Assembly: GCA_003344405.1 (NCBI GenBank)
Contig: NOWV01000025.1
Span: 124,001 to 188,000 of the forward strand
Source: Trichoplax sp. H2
Taxonomy: Eukaryota
Length of the DNA: 64,000 nt
Direction of reading: 5' to 3'
Notes under the pieces: model-generated
Database searches by the model: none
What the model saw: only the letters and a program-made list of their open reading frames with translations
Told to the model about the DNA's origin: nothing
Program-made: the position numbers and the translations under genes
Shown: positions 35,736 through 49,853 of the stretch, one piece after another
Layout: each line of letters begins with the position of its first letter
Position numbering within the stretch: position 1 is the first letter of the stretch

Positions 35736-38700
35736 TGATTCCTCTTTTTCTTGGTTGTTATTTTCTTTCTGATTGCATTGATTTGATACGACAATCTACG
35801 ATGAAGATCATAAAGCAACAAGGGATCAGCTAAAGAAAGATTCCCTTCCAAATTATACAATAAAAGTACATGATAGACCAGCTGATGTTAACATGTCAAT
35901 CAATAGATTGCTTTTATTCGCTTTGACTATTTTTGAAGCACAATGCATTATCCACAAGTGCTTTAAGCCAAGAGAAGAATAGGATATTTTTTCTAGGAGA
36001 GTTTATGATGGACTTTTTAATACACTTGGGTTGTAAATTAATCCTAATGGAGTTAACCTATAAATCAAGTTGTTTATTCTTGATTATTATAATACAGTTG
36101 TTGATTAGAGTTCCATTGCAGACTGAGAGATTGTCTTTCAGGTCATTGTTAGTAATGGCGTTAGGGCAGAGAAGAAGGCGAAAAAAAAATCTGATTTGGT
36201 ATTGAATGTATCCATTTTTAAATTGGCGCTCTACTTAGAACGAATACAACCATAAGATAATTAGGATCAGTTGTAACCTCTTCTAATTGATCGCACCTCC
36301 TTTTACACTAATGACACTACGTCCATTATTATATAGTAGAAAACTGCGAAGTTAGAGTATCCAATTGAATCCTTGAATATAATCGATTCAATATAATGCG
36401 AATAGTTGTAGTGTGTACAACTGGAATATGTTTCAATTAATTCCTAGCATTAACAATTTGCATCCTCCTGTTATATGCGCCTAAATACTTTAATAAGAGT
36501 ATTGAATAGTGTTAAAGCGTAGTCTATAAGGAGAACTATGAATAGCGATATTAAACATCCTATCATCTCTAGGACTATCCTTGATTGATCTTGAAGGAAA
36601 TAATTCACCGTTTATTTATAGGATGTACATAAACCGCAAATTTGTCTTCTTGGGGGTGTGAGGGATTTCTGCGCCATTTTGCCAATTCAGAAAATAAGAT
36701 ATGAATACTTTGGTCATTCAATACGGTATCCGATCATAATGATCTAAACATGTGTAGGGATGCACTTAATATTTCAGTATGTTAATCACTCTATTTGATA
36801 GAGTTGAGTTTGTAGTGAAATGTTTTATGCGTTGAGAATATAAGAAAAATGCTGATTACCTATATTAGATATTGTTGATTATTAAGTTAACATGATGTAT
36901 AGTACTAGAATCGTAAAGATGCTCTACACCTTGCTATGGTGGGCATTTATGGAAGAGTAATGATATTTACGCGATAATTCCATGCAGTAGAATAGATGAA
37001 TTTTCTTTTTGAGGAGAAGTGTTTATGGCATGGTTTCGTTCTGATTGTAGGCGGGCTTGTGTTGCCGTTAATAGATTGAAGTAAATGTATTGACTGTTTG
37101 CAATTTTAGTGTACTTGGGTGCTTGTATCTTTCTTCACTTCTAGCTCAGGATGCGTTTCTTTAGATTCTTGTCGCTGTCCTAATTCATTATGGTTCTACT
37201 ATTGTAAAAACTAATAATGCAAAGTAGCCTTTTAAATTCGACCTCGATCTCGACTATTATTTTACGAGAATTCGATTATTACATTAGACGGGACAATTTA
37301 AGATACTTTTATTGCAACATGATGGACCATTTGAACAGCAACAGGCTTGTAGAGTGGATGACACTCGATTGATTATTCGCTACCATCCAATCTTTGCGAA
37401 TACTGTAATCGTTTTCTTGCCTCGCTGAAATAAAATTTATACCTGAAAATTAAGGCAAGTACCGTCAATATTCTTTAGTTTCTATAGTGTACTGTAGTTG
37501 ATTCTATGCTTTCTTTGGGTATGCTACCTGCAAGTTATGCCAAGATAACTTGCTTGTTTACTGAATACACAACAGTTTCGCGCATCCTGTAAATGTAAGT
37601 GAATCTATGTAAAGCACAGATTACTAGAAGCTTTCTAGTAGAAGGTCTTCTCCTAGCTGTTCTTGATATCCATGTACACTATTCAATCAGTGCATCTTGG
37701 ATTTGCATTGATTGCGAGCAAACAAGTAGTATAAGAACCTTCAGGTATCATCGTCTTGTATCGTAGGTATTACTGGCGACATGAAAGTATTTATAGCGCT
37801 TACATGCTGAAAATTGATATTGCTACTGTGTCATAGAATCAATGAATAAAATTTAAAATTGACTGGCTGTGCTACCTTTCAAATAGAATCGACTGTATTC
37901 GATAGATCATTATTTTGCTTATAACCTTGGATTAAATCATGTCGCCCTGTGCTATACAGTGCTTGCATAGGCAAATATCGGTCATGGAGTGGGATAATAC
38001 GAGTATATACTGTATATGATGGTCGAAATCATATTCAACTTTTGCAAATTTATTCTATTTATTCATTTATTTCTGTTATGTACTGTAATCAATATTAAGA
38101 TGTATTAGAGTTAAGTAAAATATCATTCTAAGCCGTCGAAGAGGGCGAATTGATCGACAGAAGATTAATTTGTAAAATAACTGCAGCAAAATAATATTCA
38201 AGGTATGAGCTATCATGGCTTATTCTCATCCCACGTGCACGTCATACCGCGTCAAGTATAGTCTATGGATTAGGGTTAGGGTTAAATTGATTTGATTCCG
38301 ATTGATTCCAACACAATAGGGTTGAGCAGATTGGAATTTTAGCTCCATCAATATCGCTGAAACAGTTTTTTAGTGTCATGGATATTATAATCCGACATCT
38401 ATACTGGTGGATTAGGGCTTGGCCAGATGGAGAATTTCTCATTTACCAATCTACTTCTCGTTTAGGTGTTTGCCTTACAGTACAGTACTGTAAGGCAAAA
38501 GTACTGTACACTGTAGAATCTACAGTACGTACTGTACTATGTAGTACTGTACACTGTAAAAGTAGGCTACGGTACTGGAAGCGGAAAGACACATGGGTCA
38601 AACAACTGATGCATTTATTATGGCGCCGATAGGTGCTGTATTTTAGTTGAGATTGAAGCTTTTCCTTTATGCTACTTCTTTCTTGTAGCCAGTACTTGTA

Positions 38701-41700
38701 TTCTCATGTTCAAATAGAAATCTACATACTGCATGACTTTCATTTACAATTTATCGTGTCGCAATTCCCTAGAAATTTGAAGTAGTAAATTGGACACCAA
38801 TGAATGTCGACGTGTCTGTCCGTCACGAGCCGATCCAGTGCCAAGGCATACTGATATGCCGTACAAGTATCCAGCGAAAACACTATGCTGTATATCGCAT
38901 CTCCAGTACTGTTGACGATATCATAGTGCACCAATCGACCAACGACTGAATCTCCAATGGCCTGCTAATTGTTGTTGTGACTGTTAGCAACTGTCACGTA
39001 CTAGGGGGGTACTCTACTCTGATACCTGCTGAGATTTTGCGGCAATGATCAAGGCATCGCAAATTGATGACAATAAATTCATGGACTGATTTTTAATTAC
39101 CGTCTAACTAGCAGGAGGCTTTGCCAAAAGGATCAATGAAGACTGTGCGTAGATGATCTACTCTGATAATTCAATTTACAGACGTTGATTCTTTCATCAC
39201 ATTGTTCGACAGAGACAGGAATTTGATGATTCCAAAGATAGGGGGTGGATGGAAGGAAAAGCAAAAAGATGACCAAAGATGCCGAAAGGAGAGAATTGAT
39301 TTCATGCATATTTTGAGCTTTATTTACTCTGAGTCAACTCATTCGGTATCAATATGCACGTTGACGCTATAAGACGCTAAGAAATTGACTAAATGGCGTC
39401 GACAATCATGATGCATAGTTGCATACAATGATACTATAGTAGTAATCACAAGCAAATAAAATTAAATCTATATCAAGGTTGTCGTCTTGAGGCAAGATAC
39501 AAGAGAAACTTGTTGTTCTATTTGACTTCTTGCCAAGCTAGGACAGACAATGATACAATAGTTTTATTATCACCTTTTAGGACAGCTCATACCATTCGAT
39601 TAGGATAGATCAATGTAATGACAACCATGTCAAATATGCATTCATGGAAAGCTAGAACGCAACAATGTCCAACTAGCCTGGACTATTAAATCTAATTTAA
39701 TTTAATAGGGCAAATGATAAGAAATGGAATTGTCAAGAATTTGAATTTCAAACGCATAAAGAAATTTTCCACGTGGCCCCCTGTCGTACTGTTAATAATT
39801 AGAATCCATGCTAAACTGTCATTGGAGTATATGCTGCTGTAGATACACATTATTGCAATGGTTTATCTGCTATTGAATTGAATATTTCTAGTAACTATGA
39901 CGTAATGATTGCATTATTTTACCATCGAGAGGATAAAGTTAATTATTGAAATTATACTAATATAATTTAGGTGATTCATAAGCAATCCTAGCATCGGTCA
40001 ATTACAACATTTTTCAATTTACACGTCATTAACGATGATAAATCGTGCCATTTTTATATATAGCCCGGCCGATGGCTCACACGACGATAATTTCTTTTAA
40101 GATGAATCGTGGAAAATTACAAACGCATCAAGAAAAATTAAAAGGTTATAGTTCATTGTATAATGATGAGCAACATCGGTTTTAATATTTTTCCCTCTCT
40201 TCATTGATGGTCTGAACAACGTTTCTAGTAGTTCAAAAGTACTATTATAATTAATTAATAAACGTGTGTCACGAAAAAGTTTCAGGAAATTAGAATGATG
40301 ATAATAGAGAGTAAAGATTATTCTATATAGCCGCAAAACATACTCCTATTAGTCAAACAAAGCATGTAAAAAGTATTCATAATATTAGCATCTCATCAAC
40401 TATTTCGATTATATTATTATTTGTCAGTTTAAAATGGGTGATATTAATAAATAATAATTAGCATAGTGGCCGTTTCAATTTGATAACGCAGTTACTATAT
40501 GGACCATTCTAATGCCAAATCTTTGCTAAAATCATCCTTAAATAAGACCGTCGAATGGATTGAAATCATGCTAATCTCATAGAGTAATGCAATCAACTGA
40601 TCGAACTTAGAAAAATAGCGCTCTAATAATTAAGTAACATGGGTGTGAGATCAGAACTGTATAAAGGTTACGTATATTTATATTAATCACTGAGTAAATT
40701 TTGTAGGAACAATTGCGCAGAACGTGCTTACCGGTTTACTGTAAACAATTGACAAGAATCCATGCGAAGCAGAGAAACAGAAAAATTTTAAACTACACTC
40801 ATCATGATTTTCAGCTAGTATATTATCACAAACAACTGCTTAAATAAGATATACTTTTTAATTCTTGTTCCATCATCACTTGTCAAGTTAGCCCTCTATG
40901 ATATACTGTATTTTTCTATTCTATTTAAAATGAAATTAATCGTTGGAAAGATATCAAACTACAGATTAACTAATCCAAAAAAAAGAAAGGATCATTCTTT
41001 AAACTTTCGTTCTTTGGCGTGATAATAATATCAATTTTAATCCCACCCACTTCAGCACCTCCTTAAATCTCATTAAAAATGTCATAATATCGTGCGTGTT
41101 TAAATAATCTAAGCTAAAAATGTACATACACGTAGATTGCGTTGGCAGCACAGTATGTATTTAAATTACGATGATGTAATAAAAATTATGGTATGATATT
41201 TTTATGTCTACAATTTTGACGATCGCATGACCTTAACCAGTGGCAATTTCAATTTTAAGACGATTAATTTATAGGTAGCGTTAAGTATAACAACTGAATG
41301 TATACGTAGGATTTGTACATAAACTCTGTATTGATAACTCGGCATATTTGTTTAAATTAATTAATTATTGGTCGTAATTCCGTAAACGGCTTCTCGGAGA
41401 TTTCCTTAAGGGCTTCATCACGAATAAAAATTACATTTGAACAATGGAGACAAGAGAATATATTTTAGTCGATGAGAACGTTCCGGCTTAATAGAAACTT
41501 TGACCCGAACAATGTCCAATAAAAGACAATAAAAATAATACAAAATGTGCGTATACTATAGGCTGCAATATAACTAAACTGTTATCAACAAGTTTATCGT
41601 TTCAAATTTTTTTTTCGCAACCGTGATTTATTTCCATGGCTAAAAATATCTGTTTACAGCATTTATTGACTATATTTCGTATTGATTTGATAATAAATAA

Positions 41701-44700
41701 AGTAACAGATGCTACGTTGAATATCAGGGTTAAAAGATTTAGTTATATTACAGATTAAAAAAATCTTTCTTAACATAATATTTTCGATAAGACGGTCATG
41801 TAATATAGTTACGTAAGTTTATCAATAAATGAATAAAAAAAATTAAACAAAGAAAGATTTATATTGCTGCAGTAGCTGAATAGATAATCACAAGATGGGA
41901 TGATCTATAATTCATCATATGGGTGATTCTCCTCCCACGGGGACATAAGAAAAACTTGACAAGCAAACCACTAGATGGAAAATATGCATAAATCTAGCTT
42001 AAAAACAACAAACTGTGGAGATTGATAACAATATTAACAAACATCAAATAAAGTACCGTACTTAGTAGAATATACTTTTTACTTTCCACCATATTAAATT
42101 GTATACCCAACGATATAAACATCTTGTATTAATATTAATGATGACCTAATGCCTTGAAATTTTTTCTTAATGAATGGTAAAGTCTAGATTTAACATTGCA
42201 TGATTATATGTTAAATAGTGATTAGCTAACGTGTTATTGTTGACATAAAAACGTAGTGAAGTATGTCTAATATTTCTAGTAGAATAAAATCGGCAACTTT
42301 AATTCTTACAGAGTAAATTCAGAAAGATTATTATTTCAAAGTATCTGCTAATAAATGTATCTTATCCTTTTTTTAATTTTCTAATAGATAGCAACTGATA
42401 TTAATAAAAATTAATAATGATCAACAGTAGGGCATAACAATAGTGTATGCCCTGATTTAGATAACAATCATCTCTTCTGAGAATATGATTGCTAGATAGT
42501 AAAATATTGTAATTCATTAACATAAAGCGATTACTACCAGTTTAATAGTTAGCTACTGTCACAAATTAGACTATAGACTACCTGTTCATGTCAATATAAT
42601 CAAAAATTAGGGAGGGATGGGAGGGGGGAATTGCAGTATAATATCTAACAAAAAAAAATTATAATTATTCGTCTACATACGTTTGAATAGATTATTTTCT
42701 TTAAAAGCCTTTGATAATACATGATACTATAGGCTATGGTCAGCTATGTAAATAATTCAATAATGAGAGGAGGAGACCACACGTTAGTTAGACTGGAAAT
42801 TATATTACATGCGGCGGTAAAGTTCCGTACGGTAAACTAAATAAAATTACGGCTATGGATTGATGACTGGCTTTATATTGGCATTCCAGCAATCATCGTT
42901 TATCCTCGACTTTGACCTTTGGCCGGAACACTGCAGCATTCAATCTGTATCTAATTAACGAAATAGTACTAGAAGGACCTACCATCGTTGATAATTATAA
43001 TACATTAGCATGCTAATAAGATATCGCAATAAATTTAAAATTGAACTATGGCACGTTTAGCGTTACTGCAAATAGTGATCTGTAAATAATAAACCGGCCG
43101 GTACCTACTGCTTTGAGCCAATATTACATGTTTGTAATAAATTATTTTGAATCTATTTTTTAGATTGATCTTCAAAAGGCTAATATGCGTTAACGTATCA
43201 TCCTTATTTAACGTATGAAAATAACATACGTACAGTAGTATTGGGTATATACTACATTTTATGTCCTATCTAATAACTATAATATATCAACGGCTATAAC
43301 GCTAATTAATTACTGTATTAGTTTTTAGGTAATTTAAATTTAGCCCTACCAAATTGAATGGAGCAATAAATTGAATTGAATTGAAAGAATCGCTATAAAC
43401 CCACACTCTTATAATTTTGAAACATTAGAAACTATGATAGGTCTCGCAATCTGGCAATAATATAAAAATATTTAATGTCCATACGTACGTATCTATCAAT
43501 ATTATGAGATAAATTGTCTGAAGCCTATTATCGATAACTTCATTCATTGAAAATTTTAGCATACCAACATTTGGGATAATTTTTTATTTCATATGTTGGG
43601 AAGGAGAAATTTAATTCAATTAGCATAACGAGAGCAAAAGACAATATTGTAAAATCTGACGTTATTTTGACCTCGACCTTCACATCTCGCAAATATTTTC
43701 AGTAGATTCCATTTCTATTTATATTTACTTGTATGGGTAAGTGCGTAACTGCCTATTCCATATGATTATATAGAGTAAGCTAATAAAGACAAAATCGAGG
43801 GTGTTGAGTATAAAGTAACGCCTTTCCGTAAGCCACCAAGGACGATAATTATGATTATAGAATAACGATTAATTCTTACCAGATATGGATGATATTAGGG
43901 CAAATAGTGTTATTTATTTAAGGTTTATACTCTTTTACAAGCCATTTTAGTTTGCCAATTAATTAATTGTCGATTTATCAGTGATGAAATTTTTATTATT
44001 ATTTTCTTGTCACTGTCAATACATGGTGCATATGTGCAGGATAATATTCTTCAAGGATATCACCGGTATTTTAGCGAATATTATCACTCCCTTGCAGTTT
44101 ATTTGATGTTATTCATTTTAGTTTGCTATCTTAATTAATTTGAGATATGGTTAGTGGTTTCCTTTACTTTGACTATGGGCGTTATTTATGGATATTACTT
44201 GGGTCACTTCATGAATAAATGAGGATTAGCGCAGATAATAATTTACTGATCTTGACCCCGATGGGTTTCTTCAGTGATATAAATTCGTAAATACTCAGTT
44301 TGACGGTATACATTCGATACGTAGTCCGGCATATTCTAGTATTCAGTTGAATATTTTTTCCGGATATTATTACTGTTTAGACTATAAATTAAAGAGAGAC
44401 AGAACCAGACCATGAAGACCTCTAAGTACAGTACCTTTAACTGACAAAGTGCGTAGTGTCAAGTACTGTGTAGTCCTTTCTACAGACTTGCAGACGGTTA
44501 CGCACACGATGAGTGTCGTACTCTACAGTAATCTATAATTAACACTTTCAAACTACGTTAACCACTTACACAATAGCCTTCTAATTTATTATTGATTCCG
44601 TCAGAGTATGAAAAGATTAATCATAAACGCCAGATGACAGCTAACTTTTATTATTCTATCCACTACAAGTACAGTAATTACTGTTGAAGCCGACTGTAAT

Positions 44701-46988
44701 ACTGTATATTATATATTACTTACTTGTACTTTGCGCACCGAACAGGAGTTTAAAAAATTACACTTACAATCGTTCAGATACATTATTCTTTCAAACTGGC
44801 AGAGTTCATACACAAGAGATCTCTTTTATTCAACTAAAAAGGCAGATGTATTATTGTACAGTATTTAGGATTCACTTATTATTCACTACTAACAGCCATC
44901 AAGATACAAATAAAAGCGATAGATAGCTAATTCTTTTAATGTTAGGATACAGTTTGTAAACCATACTGATTACAAGTTGAAAAAATTCCCAAGTATTGCT
45001 TTCTTTTACAATAATTAGTTATTAAATTATTGATTCAACATATCGAACGAAGAACATTTGGTTGAGTTGAAATTCAACCCATCCAATGCTTCAAACATTC
45101 ACGTAAAGGGGTGAAATAACACGTTAATACCAAAAAACATTTAATTTTATAGCATGAATCCAACATTAAATTATGCGATCCATTTCAAACATTGGGTTAA
45201 CTAAACCATCTTAACCATACAACCAATTTACCGCGATCCATGTTCATGTTTTATACAATAGATGTGCCCTATAGTCATACTAATATTTTCTTGTCATAAT
45301 AATAATTATTCAATTTTTATATAAGATATATATATACGTAACAATATATATATACGATATATATAATCTATATACATACAGTATACATATAATAATAAGT
45401 CGAAATATTTCAATTCAATGACCCTACTTTTACATTGCCCTTTGGGATGGTTTTGTTAGAGCGTCCATGTGTCACGAGTACAGCATTGGACCCACTGATG
45501 GCACCATCTTTCAAGAGATACAATTAAATAGATTGATATGTAAGAAGATTTCTCCAATCCACTATTTCATTACCATCGATTGCAATAGAAACAATCCAGT
45601 AGAATGAAAAGTGGCATGAATGGAAACAAAGATTGAATAACGCCAACATAGGATGATATACAGTAGGAGATATTAGGGCTAAATTTGTATATGTCATCAT
45701 CATCATAATATGCAATAGAATTAATCAAAATCATTGACATGAAATATGCAGCCATTGCCATTGCTAGCAGCAATAGTCGATTGATACAGTATATATATAT
45801 TCGTATACGAATATAGATACATTGATCTCTATGTGTTCTATACGAGTATATACGTATAAGTACTTATTAGTGTACTCCATCAGGAGTTTTTTCAACATCG
45901 CCAGATGACGACGACAATGATAACACTACCAAAACACCTCAATAATATGCAATATGACAATAACTACAGTACTACATTACCAAGCAGAATAATCGACAAT
46001 GGTCTACTAAAGTCCTCCCTACTTAAGTGTAGTCAACTGTTTTTTTCTAATTCTAAATATTACTAAAACAACCATGACCTACAGTCTAGAGTATTCTATT
46101 ACCGCGCGGTGAGACAGCAGTAGTATTATGATTATCATCAATAACAATAATAGTAACGATAATTCAATATCATTATCATAACAATTGTTGGTTATAGTAA
46201 ATGGTAATAATAAATATCACACAAAAAGTCATTGATTAAGGCAAACAACAGCGCAAGAAAACTGTCACGGTATAAAAAAGAAAATTGAGACAATTAATTT
46301 GAAAGAAAAAAAATTCCTTTTGCTATGACGTCCTGTCTAGTGTCCACAAGCACTATTTACTAAGAGTACATTGAACAGGAGTTGCCAGGAGTACCGACTT
46401 AATGAGTCCACATTGTCCAATTCAAACTACGCCAGTATGGTATCATGGACCATACAAGGCACATGGACAATGCACTCACCCATGAATAGCAGTTGGTGGA
46501 CGATATAACGTAATGCACTTTGTGCTCTTTACTATGACAAATTCAAAAAAAAATTTTTCAATAACATTATTTTGCAATGTTGAAGAGAGTAATACTGTAC
46601 GTCGTTGTGGATGTTGGTACTATCTTTACAATGGGATAAGAAAATGGCAAAACTTTTCAAATGTTTTTTGCATGTCTACTTTTCTCTCTTGTGATACTAT
46701 GCAGAATATTATCATTGTACAGTAGTCGATGTAGGCAAATTGCCATCATTTCAATTCATTCATGAATACTATCTTGATCGTTGTAAATTGAAAATAATTT
46801 TCCTTTGCATGTGTTGTAGACACTTTGAAATTTTTTTTTCTCTCTTTCGGTCGATGATATAGAATTATTATCGATGTTTTTTTTCTTTCTACAGTAGATC
46901 TTTAGTCTCTCTGTCTCTCTGTAGTGTGACAATTTAGTTTGAATTTGATGTTGCTTCTCTAGCCATTGTTGTTGGTAGTATTACTTTA

Positions 46989-47686
46989 TTACACAGAACA
47001 ATCAATTAATTCTCTCTTCCTTTTACGAGGTAATAATTTTCTGGCATCATGATCACTCTTTGGAGATAGATCTTCACGTTGTTTTTTATCGCATGGCCAT
47101 GCGACTACTAGGCCAGATGAGTTGGTAACTTGCTGACATAATATGATAGCAGCTTGGATAGACAAAACACGTTCGTGATTTTTTACACCATCAAATGTGT
47201 CCCAATAAACACTATGTTCCCAAATATGCTTGGTAAAGCAGACTCTACTCTTATACACTTTATCTAGAATAAGCAGAATAAAAAAAAGCACCAAAATTGA
47301 AATTGAATTATTTCAAAATCAAATTGAACTACAGCCAAACAGGATACTATGCTCTCCATTTTTGGGTGATAATTAAGCTTCCAAAAATATTAAAAAAATT
47401 TTCTTAATCAAACAAAGAAAACGGTATGCGGTTACAAACACTCGCACATGAATCGTTGAAAAAATTTTCCTTTCCACTAATAGAACTAACACAATATTTT
47501 AAACTCTAAATAAGGTAGTCTAAAGCAAGTGTAAAAATGACTGTTTTTAGCCAACTTACCACAGATACAGCAGATAATTTCGCTACCATCGTAAGATTTA
47601 TATCGAGTTAAAACTTCCATTACATCGTTCAATTCGAGATCGCGTTTAATTTTTAAATTAGTAGGTATGGGTGTGACAGAAGCCAT
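46989..47686 (-). CDS. Small (133 aa) single C2H2 zinc-finger protein, two exons
   Basis: Exon 47686-47560 (donor G|GTAAGT) plus exon 47263-46989 (acceptor TTCTAG) give 402 nt. The splice reconstitutes C-x2-C-x12-H-x3-H: IICCICDKVYKSRVCFTKHIWEH. There is a C-terminal basic PRKRKR (NLS-like). Confidence 0.85.
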
Positions 47687-48190
47687 ACTAGCTCTCTATA
47701 GTTTATGACAGATGACCAGCAAGTCAGTAGACAATATACACAGTGTGAGTCTGTATGACCAGAGTACAGTGTTTGGATGAAACAATGCGTTCCAAAGTCT
47801 TCAATTTTTTTTTTTCTCTCTCTCCTTCCAGTACCGTATTTTAACAATTACGGCAATGTCGTATGTCCAATTTTTTCTTCTCTAATCCACCACTTTTGGA
47901 TCCTGACAAATAACCAATGCAAATCTGTCTAAATTCAATTTGACCACGTTAAGCAGAAAATTTCAAGCTATCTACAATGCTTGACCCCAATAATTCAGCT
48001 GAACTTTTCCTACGCCGTACAACCAACCAGTGACCGAGAACAATGTTTTCAATTTGTCTGCCACCCTGTCTTCTACACACGCTTAAAACTGTGAATGAAA
48101 AGAATGTCCAGTGTTTTTATTGACAATGATGTTATGCAGAGAAAAATTTTTTTTTTAACTACCAAAAATTCTATAAATGTTTTCTCATGT

Positions 48191-48277
48191 GATTGGTTGC
48201 CTTTATCAACACCGATTGATCGATGCCACTGTATATCAGGCCAATCAATGGTTGGTAACGTCATAAATGGCGGGAAA
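48191..48277. promoter_or_regulatory. Promoter-like cluster: two CCAAT boxes, CRE-like site, E2F consensus
   Basis: GATTGG 48191-48196, CCAAT 48241-48245, AACGTCA 48257-48263 and GGCGGGAAA 48269-48277 (TTTCCCGCC on -). This is ~500 bp upstream of the zinc-finger gene ATG. Confidence 0.55.
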
Positions 48278-49853
48278 TCAGTATGAAAAAAAAAAAAAAA
48301 AGATAGTTATGCAAAAAACTCGATTCTGCGTACTTTGGGCTTGATGACGACATGATTCGATTCAATTAATATGGAGCGACGTGGCTGTGGCCTACGTCAG
48401 ACCGTATGTTGAAGTGGGTTTCCATGTTTGATGGGTCAGACTGTCACCTGACCATCTACAAACTACAGCGCTACGCTCAAGGTACACTCAAATTAGGCCA
48501 TAGTCCATCCATCGACCTTCATCAATTCATTGAATGACAGTGCACTCATCACCTGTGCTTGGTGTTAGGTAATAGCATGGCCAAGCCATTCAACTGCAGA
48601 CTTAATCATGCAAATGGAAATGGATGACACATAAGCTAAAATTAGTTTCCACTTCCAATCAATGCAGGGACAGGGATTACTGAATACTCAAGATAATATT
48701 TTATTCCCTCCCCACCAAAAGGAGGAGAGTAAGGAAGCAAGTTTTTCTTGAGTAGCCCACCACACCGCTGTACTGTACGCCGATACGGTCATACGGTAAT
48801 GAGTACAGTACATGGGTTATCGCTGTTGAATGAATTTTAGCGCAAGCGGTTTAATTTAGTAATTCATATAGAAATCCTATTTCATCTTCAACGAACTTTC
48901 TACTATGTTCACAAGTTCATGCCATATTTTGATCTTAGTCTGTAGTCTTTAAAAGGTACATTACTGAAAATGACTGTATTACGTGATTATACATAGTTTA
49001 CTATTTTCATGAAACGGATGTTTTACGAAAGGAAAAAAAAAATAAATAAATAAATAACGTAATACAGTAAGTGAAATTTTTCGAATTTACAAATTACTGT
49101 ACGTACAGTACAGTACAATACGGCGCATAATTGAGATATGACGTAACCAATCTTGTTCAAGACCATTATTGTACTGTATTATTATTTATTATTATTATTA
49201 GTTATTATAGTACTGTAGATACAATAATGCCTACAGTACAGTACTGTAAATGTTGCATGGTACACTGTACAGTATAGTACTGTACTGTACCAGCTGTAGC
49301 GCACGATACTGTACCAAGTGCTAGAATCGAAATCCCATAACGGGACCTACAGTACAGTATCATGTCTACGCTACTGTACTGGATGCGGCACCTTTCAATG
49401 AATGAATTTGTTGTTAACTGGATCTGTAAATCACTCAAAGACTCGGGTAGACTCCATCATTTTTTCCAATGATTTCATTTCTTGGCTGGTAAGTGATTAT
49501 TTTAACGCCTAGAACACAACCGAACAATGATGCAAATGTTGATAGCGGTACATTGTAAGCTGCAGGCTTATTCGCCTTCTGTTACATGATTATTAATCGA
49601 TTCAATCGAACCAATACGCCAACACTGAGCGCATCGCTGAGACATAGAAGAGAAGAAGAAAAAAAAATGGGCCAGCAGTTCCTTTTATACCTTGGCTTAG
49701 ATATGCGCTTCAACTTTGTGCTGATTCACTTTTTGCATGGCGTACGTACGTATTGTCATAACATCATGTGAAGTCATCGAGCGTCAACCGCTATCGTTGT
49801 ACTGTATAGTAGGTCGTGTAGCAGTATCATTCTCCATCAGGTGTCATGGCCGC

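Noticed and set aside
35499..35860. Two - strand ORFs with repeated peptide
   Set aside because: By-product of the 80-bp tandem repeat; the period is not a multiple of 3.
38267..38284. TTAGGG-like interstitial telomeric repeat
   Set aside because: Only about two units, too short to distinguish from chance.
38740..38965. GC-richer segment open on both strands as a coding exon
   Set aside because: No recognisable motif, and I could not join it in phase to neighbouring candidate exons.
45524..45773. Hydrophobic - strand ORFs as small membrane proteins
   Set aside because: Low-complexity AT-rich sequence flanked by (TA)n tracts, with TTG or weak starts; more likely UTR or intergenic.
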